This document shows, piece after piece, positions 10,451-20,270 of a DNA stretch of 64,000 nucleotides (position 1 is its first letter; every line of letters begins with the position of its first letter). Source of the stretch: Candidatus Marinacidobacterales bacterium (GTDB lineage: Bacteria > Acidobacteriota > Vicinamibacteria > Marinacidobacterales > DATDRI01). A program made the translations under genes and the position numbers. Under the pieces are notes generated by a model. That model did not search any database. It had not been told where the DNA came from and saw only the letters and a program-made list of their open reading frames with translations. The stretch lies in assembly GCA_965226495.1 (NCBI GenBank), contig OZ245365.1, forward strand, positions 832,001 through 896,000, in the 5' to 3' direction.

Positions 10451-11515
10451 ATGGCTGAATTACCCGCAATAAGCAACGAGCAACTGAACGCATTTTCACG
10501 TGCGATACTTTCTGCCGTGGGGGTGGACGATGAAGAATCGCGCGTCGTTGCCGAATGGCTCGTCGATTCGAACCTTTGCGGGCACGATTCGCATGGCGTG
10601 ATTCATATTCCCGCTTATGTGAAACTGCTGCGGAAGGGTGAGTTGGCGGCCGGTGCGTCGTTGGAGATTGTTAGCGAGACGGCGGCGATCTTTGCAGCCG
10701 ACGCCCATTTCGGCTTCGGGCCGACACAGTGCAACCGCATCATCGACAAGCTTCTTCCCATGGCGCGTGAGCAAGGCATCGCCTGTGCCACTATGAAAAA
10801 CTGCAGCCACGTTGGGCGGTTGGGTGCGTGGGTCGAACAGATAGCGACCAGCGGGTTGGCTGCGATGATGATGGTCACCGACGGCGGCGTGCAGCGCAGC
10901 GTCGCTCCTCCCGATGGAATCACACCCTGCATCGGCACGAACCCGATTGCTATCAGCGTCCCCACCGGCGGCGAACCCTTGACGCTCGACATCTCCACAT
11001 CCGCGGTAGCCAATGGAAAGATTCGCGTCGCACACTTCGCGGGGCAACAATGTCCGCCGGGCTGGCTGCAGGATGCCGATGGCAACCCCACGCGCGATCC
11101 CGCTGTTCGCTTCACCGAGCCGAAGGGAACGATTCTCCCGATGGGGGGCGAACAGGGCTACAAAGGTTTCGGACTGGCGATTTTGATGAATGTACTGACC
11201 GCCGGATTGTCGGGGGGACTGTGTCCGCCGACGGACCCCGGCACCAAAATGACCAACAGCGTACTGCTGGTCGCCTGGAATCCCGAGCGGTTTGTCGGGC
11301 CATTGCACTTCTCCGGTGAGGCCGACAAGCTGATCGAATTGGTACGCGCCGCGAAGCCCAAACCCAGCGTGGACCGCATCCGGCTGCCCGGCGACCGATT
11401 GAGCGAAACGCGTCGGCAGCGCCAGCGCGACGGGATACCGCTTGACCAGGGGACTCGCAAATCGCTGCGCGAATTGGCCAATGAATTGCAGGTCGAGGCG
11501 CCGGTGTGGCTTTAA
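10451..11515 (+). CDS. Ldh_2 family (malate/L-lactate dehydrogenase 2, YbiC/AllD-like) oxidoreductase
   Basis: GHDSHG, HVGRLG, GTNPIAI, LDISTS, GYKGFGL, RLPG motifs. Confidence 0.92.
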   Translation: MAELPAISNEQLNAFSRAILSAVGVDDEESRVVAEWLVDSNLCGHDSHGVIHIPAYVKLLRKGELAAGASLEIVSETAAIFAADAHFGFGPTQCNRIIDKLLPMAREQGIACATMKNCSHVGRLGAWVEQIATSGLAAMMMVTDGGVQRSVAPPDGITPCIGTNPIAISVPTGGEPLTLDISTSAVANGKIRVAHFAGQQCPPGWLQDADGNPTRDPAVRFTEPKGTILPMGGEQGYKGFGLAILMNVLTAGLSGGLCPPTDPGTKMTNSVLLVAWNPERFVGPLHFSGEADKLIELVRAAKPKPSVDRIRLPGDRLSETRRQRQRDGIPLDQGTRKSLRELANELQVEAPVWL

Positions 11516-11573
11516 GGAACCTCTGATTAATTATGCACGGGCGCGACGGAGTCTTTGCGGGATGCTCGGGCTT

Positions 11574-11770
11574 TCGTCGATCGCCTTCGATCGGTGCGAG
11601 GAAATATCGATGCCCAGTTCCTGCATCACTTCTCGGGCAAATGGATGGAGATGGGTGGGCGCCGAGCCGGCGCTGTAGATCTCACGACCCTTTGGCGGAA
11701 CCGCCCGAGCCAATCCCTCGGCCATTTGGCTGCGCGCGGAATTGGCCACGCAGAGAAAGAGAATACCGAT
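11574..11770 (-). pseudogene. partial second copy of arsC
   Basis: [22 protein letters not shown]...SHRSKAIDE is nearly identical to 7360-7550; no proper start and C-terminally truncated. Confidence 0.8.
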
Positions 11771-11795
11771 CGGTGAAGTAAAAACAGGACGAACC

Positions 11796-13127
11796 ATGGC
11801 CCGACAGAGTGTCTTCCTTTCGGCAATCCTTTTGATCGGTGCGACTGTCGCGGGTGCAGAGGAATACGAGCCGCGGATCGGCGAGCCCTTCCCGCGTCTG
11901 CGGTTGCCGTCACTCGAGGATGGAAGCCCCCTCTCCGTGGCGAGCTTTCGAGGCAAGAAGGTCGTTCTTCATATCTGGGCCTCCTGGTGAGCGGGTTGCC
12001 GTAAGCACGTGCCCGGGTGGCACTCGAGAACGAAACAGCTCGCCGAGCGTGGTGAGGTGCAGGTAGCGGGGATCATCCAGGAGCAGCATCCGGATCGAGC
12101 CCGTCTCTTCATGCAGTGGAAGGGAATGGACTGGCCGATCATGATCGACTCCTTGAACCTATTGGGGGTCGCGGCAGTTCCGATCACGCTGCTTATCGAC
12201 GAGCACGGTGTCATCCAGGCCGTCCAACCGAGTGACGAGGATTTTCAAGACTTCCTAGGACGTTCGTACCCAACGAGCGAAGCGAGGCAGCAAGCCATCG
12301 CCGAACTACCGGGAGACGCGACATTTTTGTGGGAAGACGTCGCCCAAGTTGGCGAAGCGATCGACGCGTACCGTCAGGCTCTGGCAAGGGAAAGAGACGG
12401 CTCCATCCACTTTCGTTTGGGAGTTGCCTATCGGCGGCGCCACGACTCGGCCTATCGGCGCGACGGGGATTTCGCGAGGGCGGTCGAGCATTGGGGCAAG
12501 GCGCTCGCTATCGATCCGAATCAGTACATCTGGCGGCGCCGCATTCAGCAGTATGGACCGCGGCTCACTAAACCTTATTCCTTCTACGATTGGGTCTCGG
12601 ACGCGCGGCAGGAGATCGAGGCGAGAGGGGAGGCATCTGTGCCGCTCGACGCCGAGCCGGGCGGGGCGGAGTTTGCCTACCCGGCGGAGAGCTTTACGAC
12701 CACCGACTCGTTGGGGAAGGAGCCAGATCCTCGAGGCCGCATACGCCGAGACGAGGAAGGCTTGATCCGGGCGGAGACAATCGTCGTGCCCGCAGTTATG
12801 GCTGCCGGAGAGTCGGTTCGGGTTCACGTCGTCTTCCGTCCCAACCCTGATATCAAGGCGCATTGGAACAACGAAGCCGACGATCTGGTCTTTTGGGTGG
12901 ATGTGCCGGAGGGGTGGGAGGTCGACCAACGCTATTTGACCGTCTCCATCCCACCCGAGCCGGTTAGCCAGGAAGTACGAAGGGTCGAGTTCGAGCTCAA
13001 GAGCCCGGCTAATGCTTCGAGTATCACCATGATGACGCCCTATGTTCTCTACTATGTCTGCGAAGATGTGAACGGCGCATGCCTTTTCCGTAGGCAAGAT
13101 CTCCCAGTGAAAATCCAGGTCGACTGA
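11796..13127 (+). CDS. putative selenoprotein (443 aa): signal peptide + TlpA/redoxin domain (UxxC) + TPR-like segment + DsbD-N-like domain
   Basis: ORFs 11742..11990 and 12009..13127 share a frame and are separated only by TGA 11988-11990 in WASW-U-AGC. C-terminal [11 protein letters not shown] Cys pair. Confidence 0.8.
12009..12023 (+). promoter_or_regulatory. candidate bacterial SECIS apical hairpin
   Basis: GTGCC-CGGGT-GGCAC stem-loop beginning 18 nt after the UGA, with G in the second loop position. Confidence 0.5.
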
Positions 13128-13178
13128 CCTGTAAGCAACTGATTTAGCATGGGTAAGGATGTTTTGTTGTTTTTATTA

Positions 13179-13210
13179 ACAAATATATTTGTACGTACAA
13201 TAATAATTGT
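13179..13210. promoter_or_regulatory. tandem palindromic operators (ACAA-N6-TTGT x2)
   Basis: ACAAATATATTTGT (13179-13192, perfect palindrome) and ACAATAATAATTGT (13197-13210) directly precede the ATG of an ArsR-like regulator. Confidence 0.6.
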
Positions 13211-13213
13211 CAT

Positions 13214-13846
13214 ATGAAGCAGGAACGCACTCCACCCGTCGAGCTCGAGAGCATTCGCGATCCTCAACGGGTCACGGTGTTGATGCATCCACTGCGGCTC
13301 AGAATCTTGAGCCTCGCGAAGAGCCCCGCGTCGGCCACGGAGCTGGCGGGCCGGCTTCAGCTTCCTCGGCAGAGAGTGAACTATCACGTGCGAGAGCTTG
13401 CGGGAGCCCGGTTTCTGCGTCGGGCCGGGCAGCGTCGCAAACGCAATCTGATCGAACGGTGTTACCAGGCCAGCGCGCGGTCCTACGTCCTAGCTCCCGA
13501 AGTTCTCGGTCCGCTGGCCGCTGATTGGCGACGAATTGAAGACACCATGAGCGCCCAGTACTTGATCGCCCTGGGTTCCTTGGTGCAACGGGAGCTCTCG
13601 CACGTAAGCCGCGACGCTCAGAAGCAGGGGAAGAGGCTTGCGACTCTGTCGATGACTTCTGAGCTCCGCTTCGAGAGTGCAGAGCAGCGGGAGTCATTCG
13701 TCGATGTCATGCGTGAGGCTCTGGTAAAGGTCATTGCCGAGCACAGTTCACCTGCACTTCTTTCCGATGGAGGCTCCGGTCCCGGCCGGCCATACCGATT
13801 GGTGATGGGATGTTATCCGATGCCGAAGGAGGAGGACGATGGTTGA
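13214..13846 (+). CDS. ArsR-type winged-HTH transcriptional regulator
   Basis: HPLRLRIL...SATELA..L.LPRQRVNYHVRELA. Confidence 0.85.
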   Translation: MKQERTPPVELESIRDPQRVTVLMHPLRLRILSLAKSPASATELAGRLQLPRQRVNYHVRELAGARFLRRAGQRRKRNLIERCYQASARSYVLAPEVLGPLAADWRRIEDTMSAQYLIALGSLVQRELSHVSRDAQKQGKRLATLSMTSELRFESAEQRESFVDVMREALVKVIAEHSSPALLSDGGSGPGRPYRLVMGCYPMPKEEDDG

Positions 13847-14659
13847 CAAGAAACAAACGCAAGAGCGCAAGGGGCGCGTGATGCGGAAAGAAATGACGAC
13901 TCGCGCCGCGCCTCGGGAAGTGTGGGAGGCCTGGGCGGATCCAGCGAAGCTGGCCCAGTGGTTCACCGATGGCGCCGAAGGCGAGGCCAAGGCGGGTGGC
14001 AGCATGACGTGGATTTTCGACAAGTTCGGCTACCGGTTTACCTACGACGTCTTGGAAGCACGACCTGAGGAAAGATTAGTCTTGACCGTAACACCGCCCG
14101 GTAGGTCGTCGCCGTGGCTCCTAGAGATCGACATCGAACAGGCGGGCGGCCGCACCGTCTTGAAGCTAGTCCAATCCGGATTCGGCGAGGGCGCGGAGTG
14201 GGACGACGAGTATCAAGGGATCAACTCCGGATGGGACATGGCGCTCGCGATCTTGAAGCACTATCTAGAAAACTACTTCGGACGGCCGCGCCATCACGCG
14301 CTGGTCATGGTTCCCTTCGAGTACTCGTCTTCGCAGCTACGGCCCTTTTACCGTGAAGAGCGCAGCCTGGCGAAGTGGCTCACTAGGGACGGTGCGGTTG
14401 GCGAGCCGGGGGCCACTACGAGCTCACTCTTATGACCGGAGACAAGATGGTCGGAGAGGTCTTGGCGGATACCGGAACCGAGGTGCAGTTGAGTTGGACC
14501 GAGATCGAGGGCGCGGTGGCCTTGAAGGCGTTCTCCCTGGGGCCGCAAAAGGTGCTGTGTATCGACGTCGTGACGTGGGCAGAAAAAAATCGGCTCGACG
14601 AGATCGAGCCGACCATGGCGAGCTCTCTCGAACGCCTCAAATTGGCTCTGACCGCCTGA
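13839..14659 (+). CDS. tandem SRPBCC/AHSA1-domain protein; 1-bp frameshift near 14410
   Basis: EVWEAWADPAKLAQWF and SGWDMALAILKHYLE. One extra G in the run near 14407-14412 joins it to ORF 14432..14659. Confidence 0.8.
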
Positions 14660-14664
14660 GCGAG

Positions 14665-15072
14665 CTACTTCCCCGGTGCCACCTGGATCTCGAACCCCTT
14701 ACCCTTGCGGTGGGAGTTCTCTTCATGTCCGACCACCCGAGCCATCGGGACAATCGCCAACTCGGTGGCATTCTCGTTCGGATTGGGAAACAAGTGAAGG
14801 AGTCTTGTTTTGTCACTAGACGCGAGCTGACTCGCCTCTTCTTTATTCAAGTATCCGACCAAAAACGCGCTCCCGTCGGGCAGCTTGTGTGCCTCGTAGC
14901 AATTCAAATTGTTTTTGTAGAACAGCGGAAAGTTGTCGGCGGCAGGGGAGTAGGTGAATCCGTAGACACCCTTGGGGAGTCGGTCGATACCGGTCCCGTC
15001 TTCTTCCTCCGTCACGATCCTCACTTGGTGCTGGGCCCGCAGGTCTTCGATCTCTCTTAGTTCAGTCGGCAC
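14665..15072 (-). CDS. hypothetical protein (~135 aa)
   Basis: GTG at 15072 with AAAGGA upstream; globular composition (LPKGVYGFTYSP); converges on the SRPBCC gene. Confidence 0.6.
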   Translation of the reverse strand: MPTELREIEDLRAQHQVRIVTEEEDGTGIDRLPKGVYGFTYSPAADNFPLFYKNNLNCYEAHKLPDGSAFLVGYLNKEEASQLASSDKTRLLHLFPNPNENATELAIVPMARVVGHEENSHRKGKGFEIQVAPGK

Positions 15073-15217
15073 GGCATATCCTTTCTCTTTTTGGTTGGCC
15101 TTGGCGAAGGCCGTCGGATCATAGCGCTCTGCCGGAACCTTTTCAATCCCGTGCGGCCACCGTGCTAGTATTTGTTGAGCGGCTTCGGCCGCAAACTCCA
15201 ACAATCTAGATAGGAAG

Positions 15218-16433
15218 ATGACGGTGCAGAACCGAGAGCAGCCGTGGTCCCGGCGTCCCGACTGGACGGCGGGAAGAATCGAATACTCCAGCAAAGGGAG
15301 TATGGTCGGTGTTTGGTTGATGGCGCTGCTCGTCCTCCTGATGTCCTCACCCCTGCTCTACCGTTTACGCGAAGAGATCCTCGAGAAGAAGAACTACCCT
15401 GCGCTGGCGGGTCTCGTTTTTCCGGTCCTGGGAATCGGTCTGCTGATTCACGCGATTCGACTCACCATCCGGTGGTTGCGGTTCGGTAAGTCGGTTCTGG
15501 AGCTTTCGCGCGTGCCAGGGGTGATCGGAGGAACGGTGGCTGGCATCATCCATACCAGCTTGAATAGGGAGACAGTCGAAGGCATACGAATGAGCCTCCG
15601 ATCGATCAACCGTAGCGTCAGGAGAAAGCATCGCAAGCGGGACGTGAGAGAAAGGATCGTATGGGAGGAGCACCTTCCAATCTCGAGAGAGCGGCTTTCC
15701 GTCGGGATGATGGGGGCCGCGGTACCCTTCTCGTTTCATGTGCATTCGATTGTCAAGAAACGACCGATGAAGAGTCCGACAATCGCGTCCTCTGGATTCT
15801 CACGCTCAGGCGAGCGTTCCCGGTGTGGACTACCAAGCGGAGTTCGAGCTTCCGGTCTTCCGTACCGAAGAAAGCTCACCCGAGCCAGTTCCGTCGCCGC
15901 CAGGACGGAGTCTGGAGCCCAGCGAGCTCGGGAATCCTGCCGCCCGATCCAAGATTCGAGTCCGAACGACGCCATTAGGAGGCACGGAGTTCTATTTTCC
16001 TGCCGGCCGGAATCCATCTGCTGCGGGATCGCTCAGCGTCTTTCTGCTGATCTGGGTCGGCGCTATCTGGTTCCAAGTTCACCTTGGGGCACCGATGTTT
16101 TTTCCCATCGTGTTCAGCATCTTTGGTGCGTTGATATTGTGGTTCGTCCTGGATCTATGGTTCGGGTCGACTCGGGTAGTCATGGACGCAGACCAGGTGC
16201 GCGTCAAAAACGCCGTTCTCGGCCTGGGTAGCACCCGCCGGTACCTCCCTTCGGAGTTCGCCGACGTCAGAAAGAAGATTAGCATGCAGTCGGGTGGACG
16301 AAATGGGACCGCGTACTATTTGATTCGTCTGGTGCGGAGCTCGGGTCGCGACGTAGTGGCCGGCGAACAAATCAAAGATAAGCGAGAAGCGGAACGGTTG
16401 GCTGCTCAGTACAAGAACATCCTCGGTCTTTGA
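15218..16433 (+). CDS. hypothetical membrane protein, two single-base frameshifts (~15743 and ~15805)
   Basis: Three frames join as ...PFSFHV-(P)FDCQET...VLWILT-(A)QASVPGVDYQAEFELPVF...; two TM pairs. Confidence 0.7.
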
Positions 16434-16468
16434 CACCATCATACGGCGCATCCTAGAATCCCCTTCGA

Positions 16469-18292
16469 ATGCGTCTCCGCCTCGCTTTGGGGATGGTTCT
16501 TTTTCTGGCCGCCGCCCTCCGATTCACCGGCTTATCCTGGGGTCTTCAACACACTCCCCATGTAGACGAACGCTATTTCGTCGAAAACGTCGCGGTGATG
16601 CTGGCGGAAGGGGACCTCGACTACCGTTTCTACGAATACCCCGGACTGTTCTTCTACCTTCTATATCCGGTTCTTGCCGCCGTGGACACGGACGTGCCGG
16701 CTGGTCCGGAGGCCTACTTGGCGGCTCGCGGTGTGGTGGCCGCGTTCGGTGTGGCGAGCGTCGCCCTCGTCTACCTTCTCGGCCTGCGGCTCGGCGGTCC
16801 AATAACGGGGCTCGTGGCAGCGTTATTCCTAGCCGTGTCGCCGGTTGAAGTCCACACCGCCCACAGCGTACGACCCGACGTGGTGCTCGAAACCTTCGTC
16901 CTTCTCGCCTTTCTCGTATTCCGCGCTGTGGGTGAAACTAGGCGGCAGGACGCTTTGTCGGGAATGGCCTTGGGCGCCGCGACCGCGGTGAAGTTTTCGG
17001 GAATCCTCTTGGTCCCTTCCTATATCGTCTATCGCCTTCTCGCTCCCGGGCCTCGTCTTGGTCGGATGTTTTTGGCGGGAGGGCTCTCCCTCCTTACGTT
17101 TTTGGTCTTGTCTCCATATACGCTGCTCAACGTCCGGGGGTTCTTGGACGGTGTCTTCACTCAATTCGACTACCACTATGTCGACCGCTCCGAAGGCGCC
17201 ACGGACTATCTTGGGATGCTTTGGATTTACTTGGGGCATCCCGAAGGTACTCTTCGCAAGGCATTGGGGAATCTTGGCGTGCTGCTCATGCTGGTGGGAG
17301 TGTTCCCCGCGTTGAGAGAATGGCGGAAGTGGATCCCGCTGTTGCTTTTCCCGGTTGTAGTGGTGGCTGCGTTCTCGACCGCCGAGGTTCGCCACGATCG
17401 TTTTCTAGTGCCGACGCTCGGTGTCCTGACCCTGCTCGTCGGTCGGGCCGCGGCGCACCTTTACCGGAGGCAGGCCCCGGCGACGATTGCGCTGATTCTG
17501 ATTGCGTTGGCGTTTCCTTTTTATTCATCGCTCTCCTACGTGCGCGACGTATCGCGGCCCAGCACGCGGGATCAGGCGCTCGGCTGGATGGAGGCTAATC
17601 TCGCACCGGGGTCTCGTGTGTTGAGCCCGCTTACTGACGTGGGAGGCCACGAAAACCAATTCGAGATTCTGAAGGCGAGCAACCTGCCAGAGCAGTTCCA
17701 CCTGCAGTCGGCGAACACCGGGCTGGTGATGCTCCGGCCCGCCGACGAGGAAAGGTATAGCGTCGAGCTTCCGCTCACCGTCGCGATCGAGCCAGAGAGC
17801 ATCTATTCCGGCCCGCCGCTGCGACTCTACGCGGTCCCCGACCGATTCCGCCCTGAGTACCAGAAGATCCCGCTCGAGCTTTCCTGGCTTTCGGCTTCGG
17901 AGGCTCTGGAACGAATACCTAACCTCATCGATGGTCGCCTCGCTTCTTATTGGGAGACCGAAGGAGGCCAACGGCCTGGCAACTGGATCCAAGTCCGGTT
18001 CCCGACACCGATGGTCCTCGGACGCATTGAGCTCAGTTCCGGAAACCGCCCGCTTCGCAGCGCACGGCGGCTCCGCCTCGAAGGTCTAACCGAGGACGAA
18101 GTCTGGAGAGAGATCCCCTACGTTATGGGGAGGCCGGGGCTCCAAAGGCAAGTGGTCGACGACGAGGGGCCGAGCCAGCTTCTGCTCACGGAGCCGACGA
18201 CAGTTCGTGGCCTTCGTGTCTTTCAAACCGGCCAGCGAACCAAACCTTGGTCGATTGCAGAGCTTCGAGTCGATGCGGTGCTATCCCCCTGA
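16469..18292 (+). CDS. GT-C (family 39/ArnT-like) glycosyltransferase with C-terminal discoidin-like domain
   Basis: HVDE motif, YPGLF, multiple TMs, VKF; C-terminal IDGRLASYW...WSIAEL. Confidence 0.8.
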   Translation: MRLRLALGMVLFLAAALRFTGLSWGLQHTPHVDERYFVENVAVMLAEGDLDYRFYEYPGLFFYLLYPVLAAVDTDVPAGPEAYLAARGVVAAFGVASVALVYLLGLRLGGPITGLVAALFLAVSPVEVHTAHSVRPDVVLETFVLLAFLVFRAVGETRRQDALSGMALGAATAVKFSGILLVPSYIVYRLLAPGPRLGRMFLAGGLSLLTFLVLSPYTLLNVRGFLDGVFTQFDYHYVDRSEGATDYLGMLWIYLGHPEGTLRKALGNLGVLLMLVGVFPALREWRKWIPLLLFPVVVVAAFSTAEVRHDRFLVPTLGVLTLLVGRAAAHLYRRQAPATIALILIALAFPFYSSLSYVRDVSRPSTRDQALGWMEANLAPGSRVLSPLTDVGGHENQFEILKASNLPEQFHLQSANTGLVMLRPADEERYSVELPLTVAIEPESIYSGPPLRLYAVPDRFRPEYQKIPLELSWLSASEALERIPNLIDGRLASYWETEGGQRPGNWIQVRFPTPMVLGRIELSSGNRPLRSARRLRLEGLTEDEVWREIPYVMGRPGLQRQVVDDEGPSQLLLTEPTTVRGLRVFQTGQRTKPWSIAELRVDAVLSP

Positions 18293-18295
18293 GGG

Positions 18296-18817
18296 TTAGT
18301 CCGAACGGCGCCAATCCATCAGCTTGAGCGCGGCGGCAAGAAGCACGATTCCGATCGGAACGACCAGGACGTTCCACGTCGCGTTCTCTTCTAGTAGGAG
18401 CACTTCCCACAAGAACAACACCGCCAATACTACAATAATGACTTCCACCAGCACCTGTTTGAGACGCTCGATACTAGTGATTTGGGCCCACGGCGCTCCT
18501 GCCAGGGTCTTGGGCGCCTTGATCTCAGCGATGAACAGATTGTAGACGCCGAACGAGAAGATGAGGAGGACGAGTCCGATGAGGAACGCATCCATCGACT
18601 GCAGCACGGAGATCATGGCTTGGTCGGCGAGGTCGAGGTGAACCGGCGCATCCATGACCAAAGGTTTTGCGAGAAAAAAAGCCTGGAACGCCTTAATCGA
18701 TTTCCAAGCACCGTTCAAAAACATCAACAGTGCCTCGAGAAGAGAAAAGACTACTACGATCATCGCGAGGTAACGCGCTTTTTCGAAAGGATGGGTTCTC
18801 GGTTCCTCTTTGGCCAT
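18296..18817 (-). CDS. YqhA/UPF0114 membrane protein
   Basis: DAFLIGLVLLIFSFGVYNLFI and ITSIERLK motifs. Confidence 0.85.
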   Translation of the reverse strand: MAKEEPRTHPFEKARYLAMIVVVFSLLEALLMFLNGAWKSIKAFQAFFLAKPLVMDAPVHLDLADQAMISVLQSMDAFLIGLVLLIFSFGVYNLFIAEIKAPKTLAGAPWAQITSIERLKQVLVEVIIVVLAVLFLWEVLLLEENATWNVLVVPIGIVLLAAALKLMDWRRSD

Positions 18818-18828
18818 CAGACTCTTCC

Positions 18829-19839
18829 TCAGTCACTCGAGAGGGCAGCCACCAGCGCGAGATCTTGTTCTCGTACCGTGTGGGTGTCGAACTTGCGGGC
18901 CGACGCTGCCATGCGAGTGAGTGCCGCCCCGATTGGCATTGGCGGCTCGGTCTTGCCTTTCTTCGCGCGATGAAAGCGCACGGGATTGATACGAGCCACG
19001 ACGTAGTTGCGCAAGTACGGCGATTTGAACCCGCGTTCCTTCAGCTCGTTCACGATCTCCTTGACCCGCTCATCGATCTGCGCCAGGCGGGCGGCCAAGC
19101 CCTCTCGTTGCTGGAGACTCTTGGGAAGTGTGCCGGTGGCGAAACGATCGACTTTGCGCAGAAACGAGAAGTAGGGACTCCCCGCGAAGCGTCGCTGGTC
19201 CTCATAGATGATACCCAGGGTCAAAAGTGCGGGTTCTTCGAACTCCGCGCCGTAGTCTTTCTCCTTAGAGCGCGGCTTCCTCGCCGCTAGCTCGCGCGCC
19301 ATCCGTATGACCTCGAGGCTCCGGTCTTTCAGATTGTGAGCCTTCTCCGTATTGAGGGCGAGGATCTTGAACGCGAGCTCCTCGTCCGGGGAGACGAGCG
19401 CGGTCACCGCTTGAAGACCCAGCACCTTGGCCGCCGCATGCCGATGGCGGCCGTTCGGGGTCCACAGGCGTCCATCCGGCGCCTGAACGACGATGAGAGG
19501 ATCCAGAAAGACGCCGGCCTCTTCAATTTTCTGCGCGAGGCGTTTCGTATGTGTCGGCGAGAGATCCCGCTGAAACGGTGTTGGCTCGACGGCTTTCAAT
19601 GGCACGACTGCGATCAGAAGAGGTTTGCCGGAAAAAGGCTCCCGGTAGGCGCCGACCGGCGTTCCCCCTACCTCGCGGATGCGCTCGGAGAGAGCAGTCA
19701 GAGACGGATCGTCGACACCCAGCAAGACCTCGTCGCCAGCCAGGCCACGCTTTTCCTTGCGAGGTGTGAGGCGTTTTCGGGACGCCCCTGCCTTTTTCTT
19801 CTTCGACCTAGTCTTTTTCTTCTTCGCCGCTTTGGCCAC
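18829..19839 (-). CDS. ParB/Srx N-terminal domain protein
   Basis: PTPFQRDLS, DPLIVV..WTPNGRHR, ILALNTEKAHNL; Lys-rich N-terminal tail. Confidence 0.8.
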   Translation of the reverse strand: MAKAAKKKKTRSKKKKAGASRKRLTPRKEKRGLAGDEVLLGVDDPSLTALSERIREVGGTPVGAYREPFSGKPLLIAVVPLKAVEPTPFQRDLSPTHTKRLAQKIEEAGVFLDPLIVVQAPDGRLWTPNGRHRHAAAKVLGLQAVTALVSPDEELAFKILALNTEKAHNLKDRSLEVIRMARELAARKPRSKEKDYGAEFEEPALLTLGIIYEDQRRFAGSPYFSFLRKVDRFATGTLPKSLQQREGLAARLAQIDERVKEIVNELKERGFKSPYLRNYVVARINPVRFHRAKKGKTEPPMPIGAALTRMAASARKFDTHTVREQDLALVAALSSD

Positions 19840-19930
19840 CAGTTACCTCGATCTCAGGAAACTAGATTTAGCACATTCGGGTCAGCCGAGGAAAGCAAGC
19901 GTCAGACGTAGTATCGTCCGGCGAGACGCC

Positions 19931-20270
19931 ATGATCTCACTGCGTTGGTTGATTGTCCTCGCCGCGGGTCTCGGCTCGGTACCGCCCGCCGTCGGCGAGG
20001 CCCGCCAACAATGGCTCGAAGTAAAGTCGCGGCACTTCACAGTTCTCACCGACGCGGGTGAGGGAAGCGGTCGTCGTCTTGCCCGAGAGTTTGAGCTGAT
20101 TCGCGTCGTCTTCCAGCAGGCTTTCGGCCATTCTCCGGTCGACCCAGCGGAACCGATCTTCATCTACGCGCTCCAGGAGGAAAGCGGCATGGCCGAGTTG
20201 CTTCCTCGTTTTTGGGAAGACCAGACGCGCGAGAGCACTTCGAGAAAGCGGCCAAGCTCGAGGCTGAGCA
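19931..20270 (+). pseudogene. N-terminal fragment of a secreted (DUF1570/TPR-type) protein
   Basis: Signal peptide then WLEVKSRHFTVLTDAG..; family-like sequence ends near 20230 before running into the convergent M48 gene. Confidence 0.55.
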
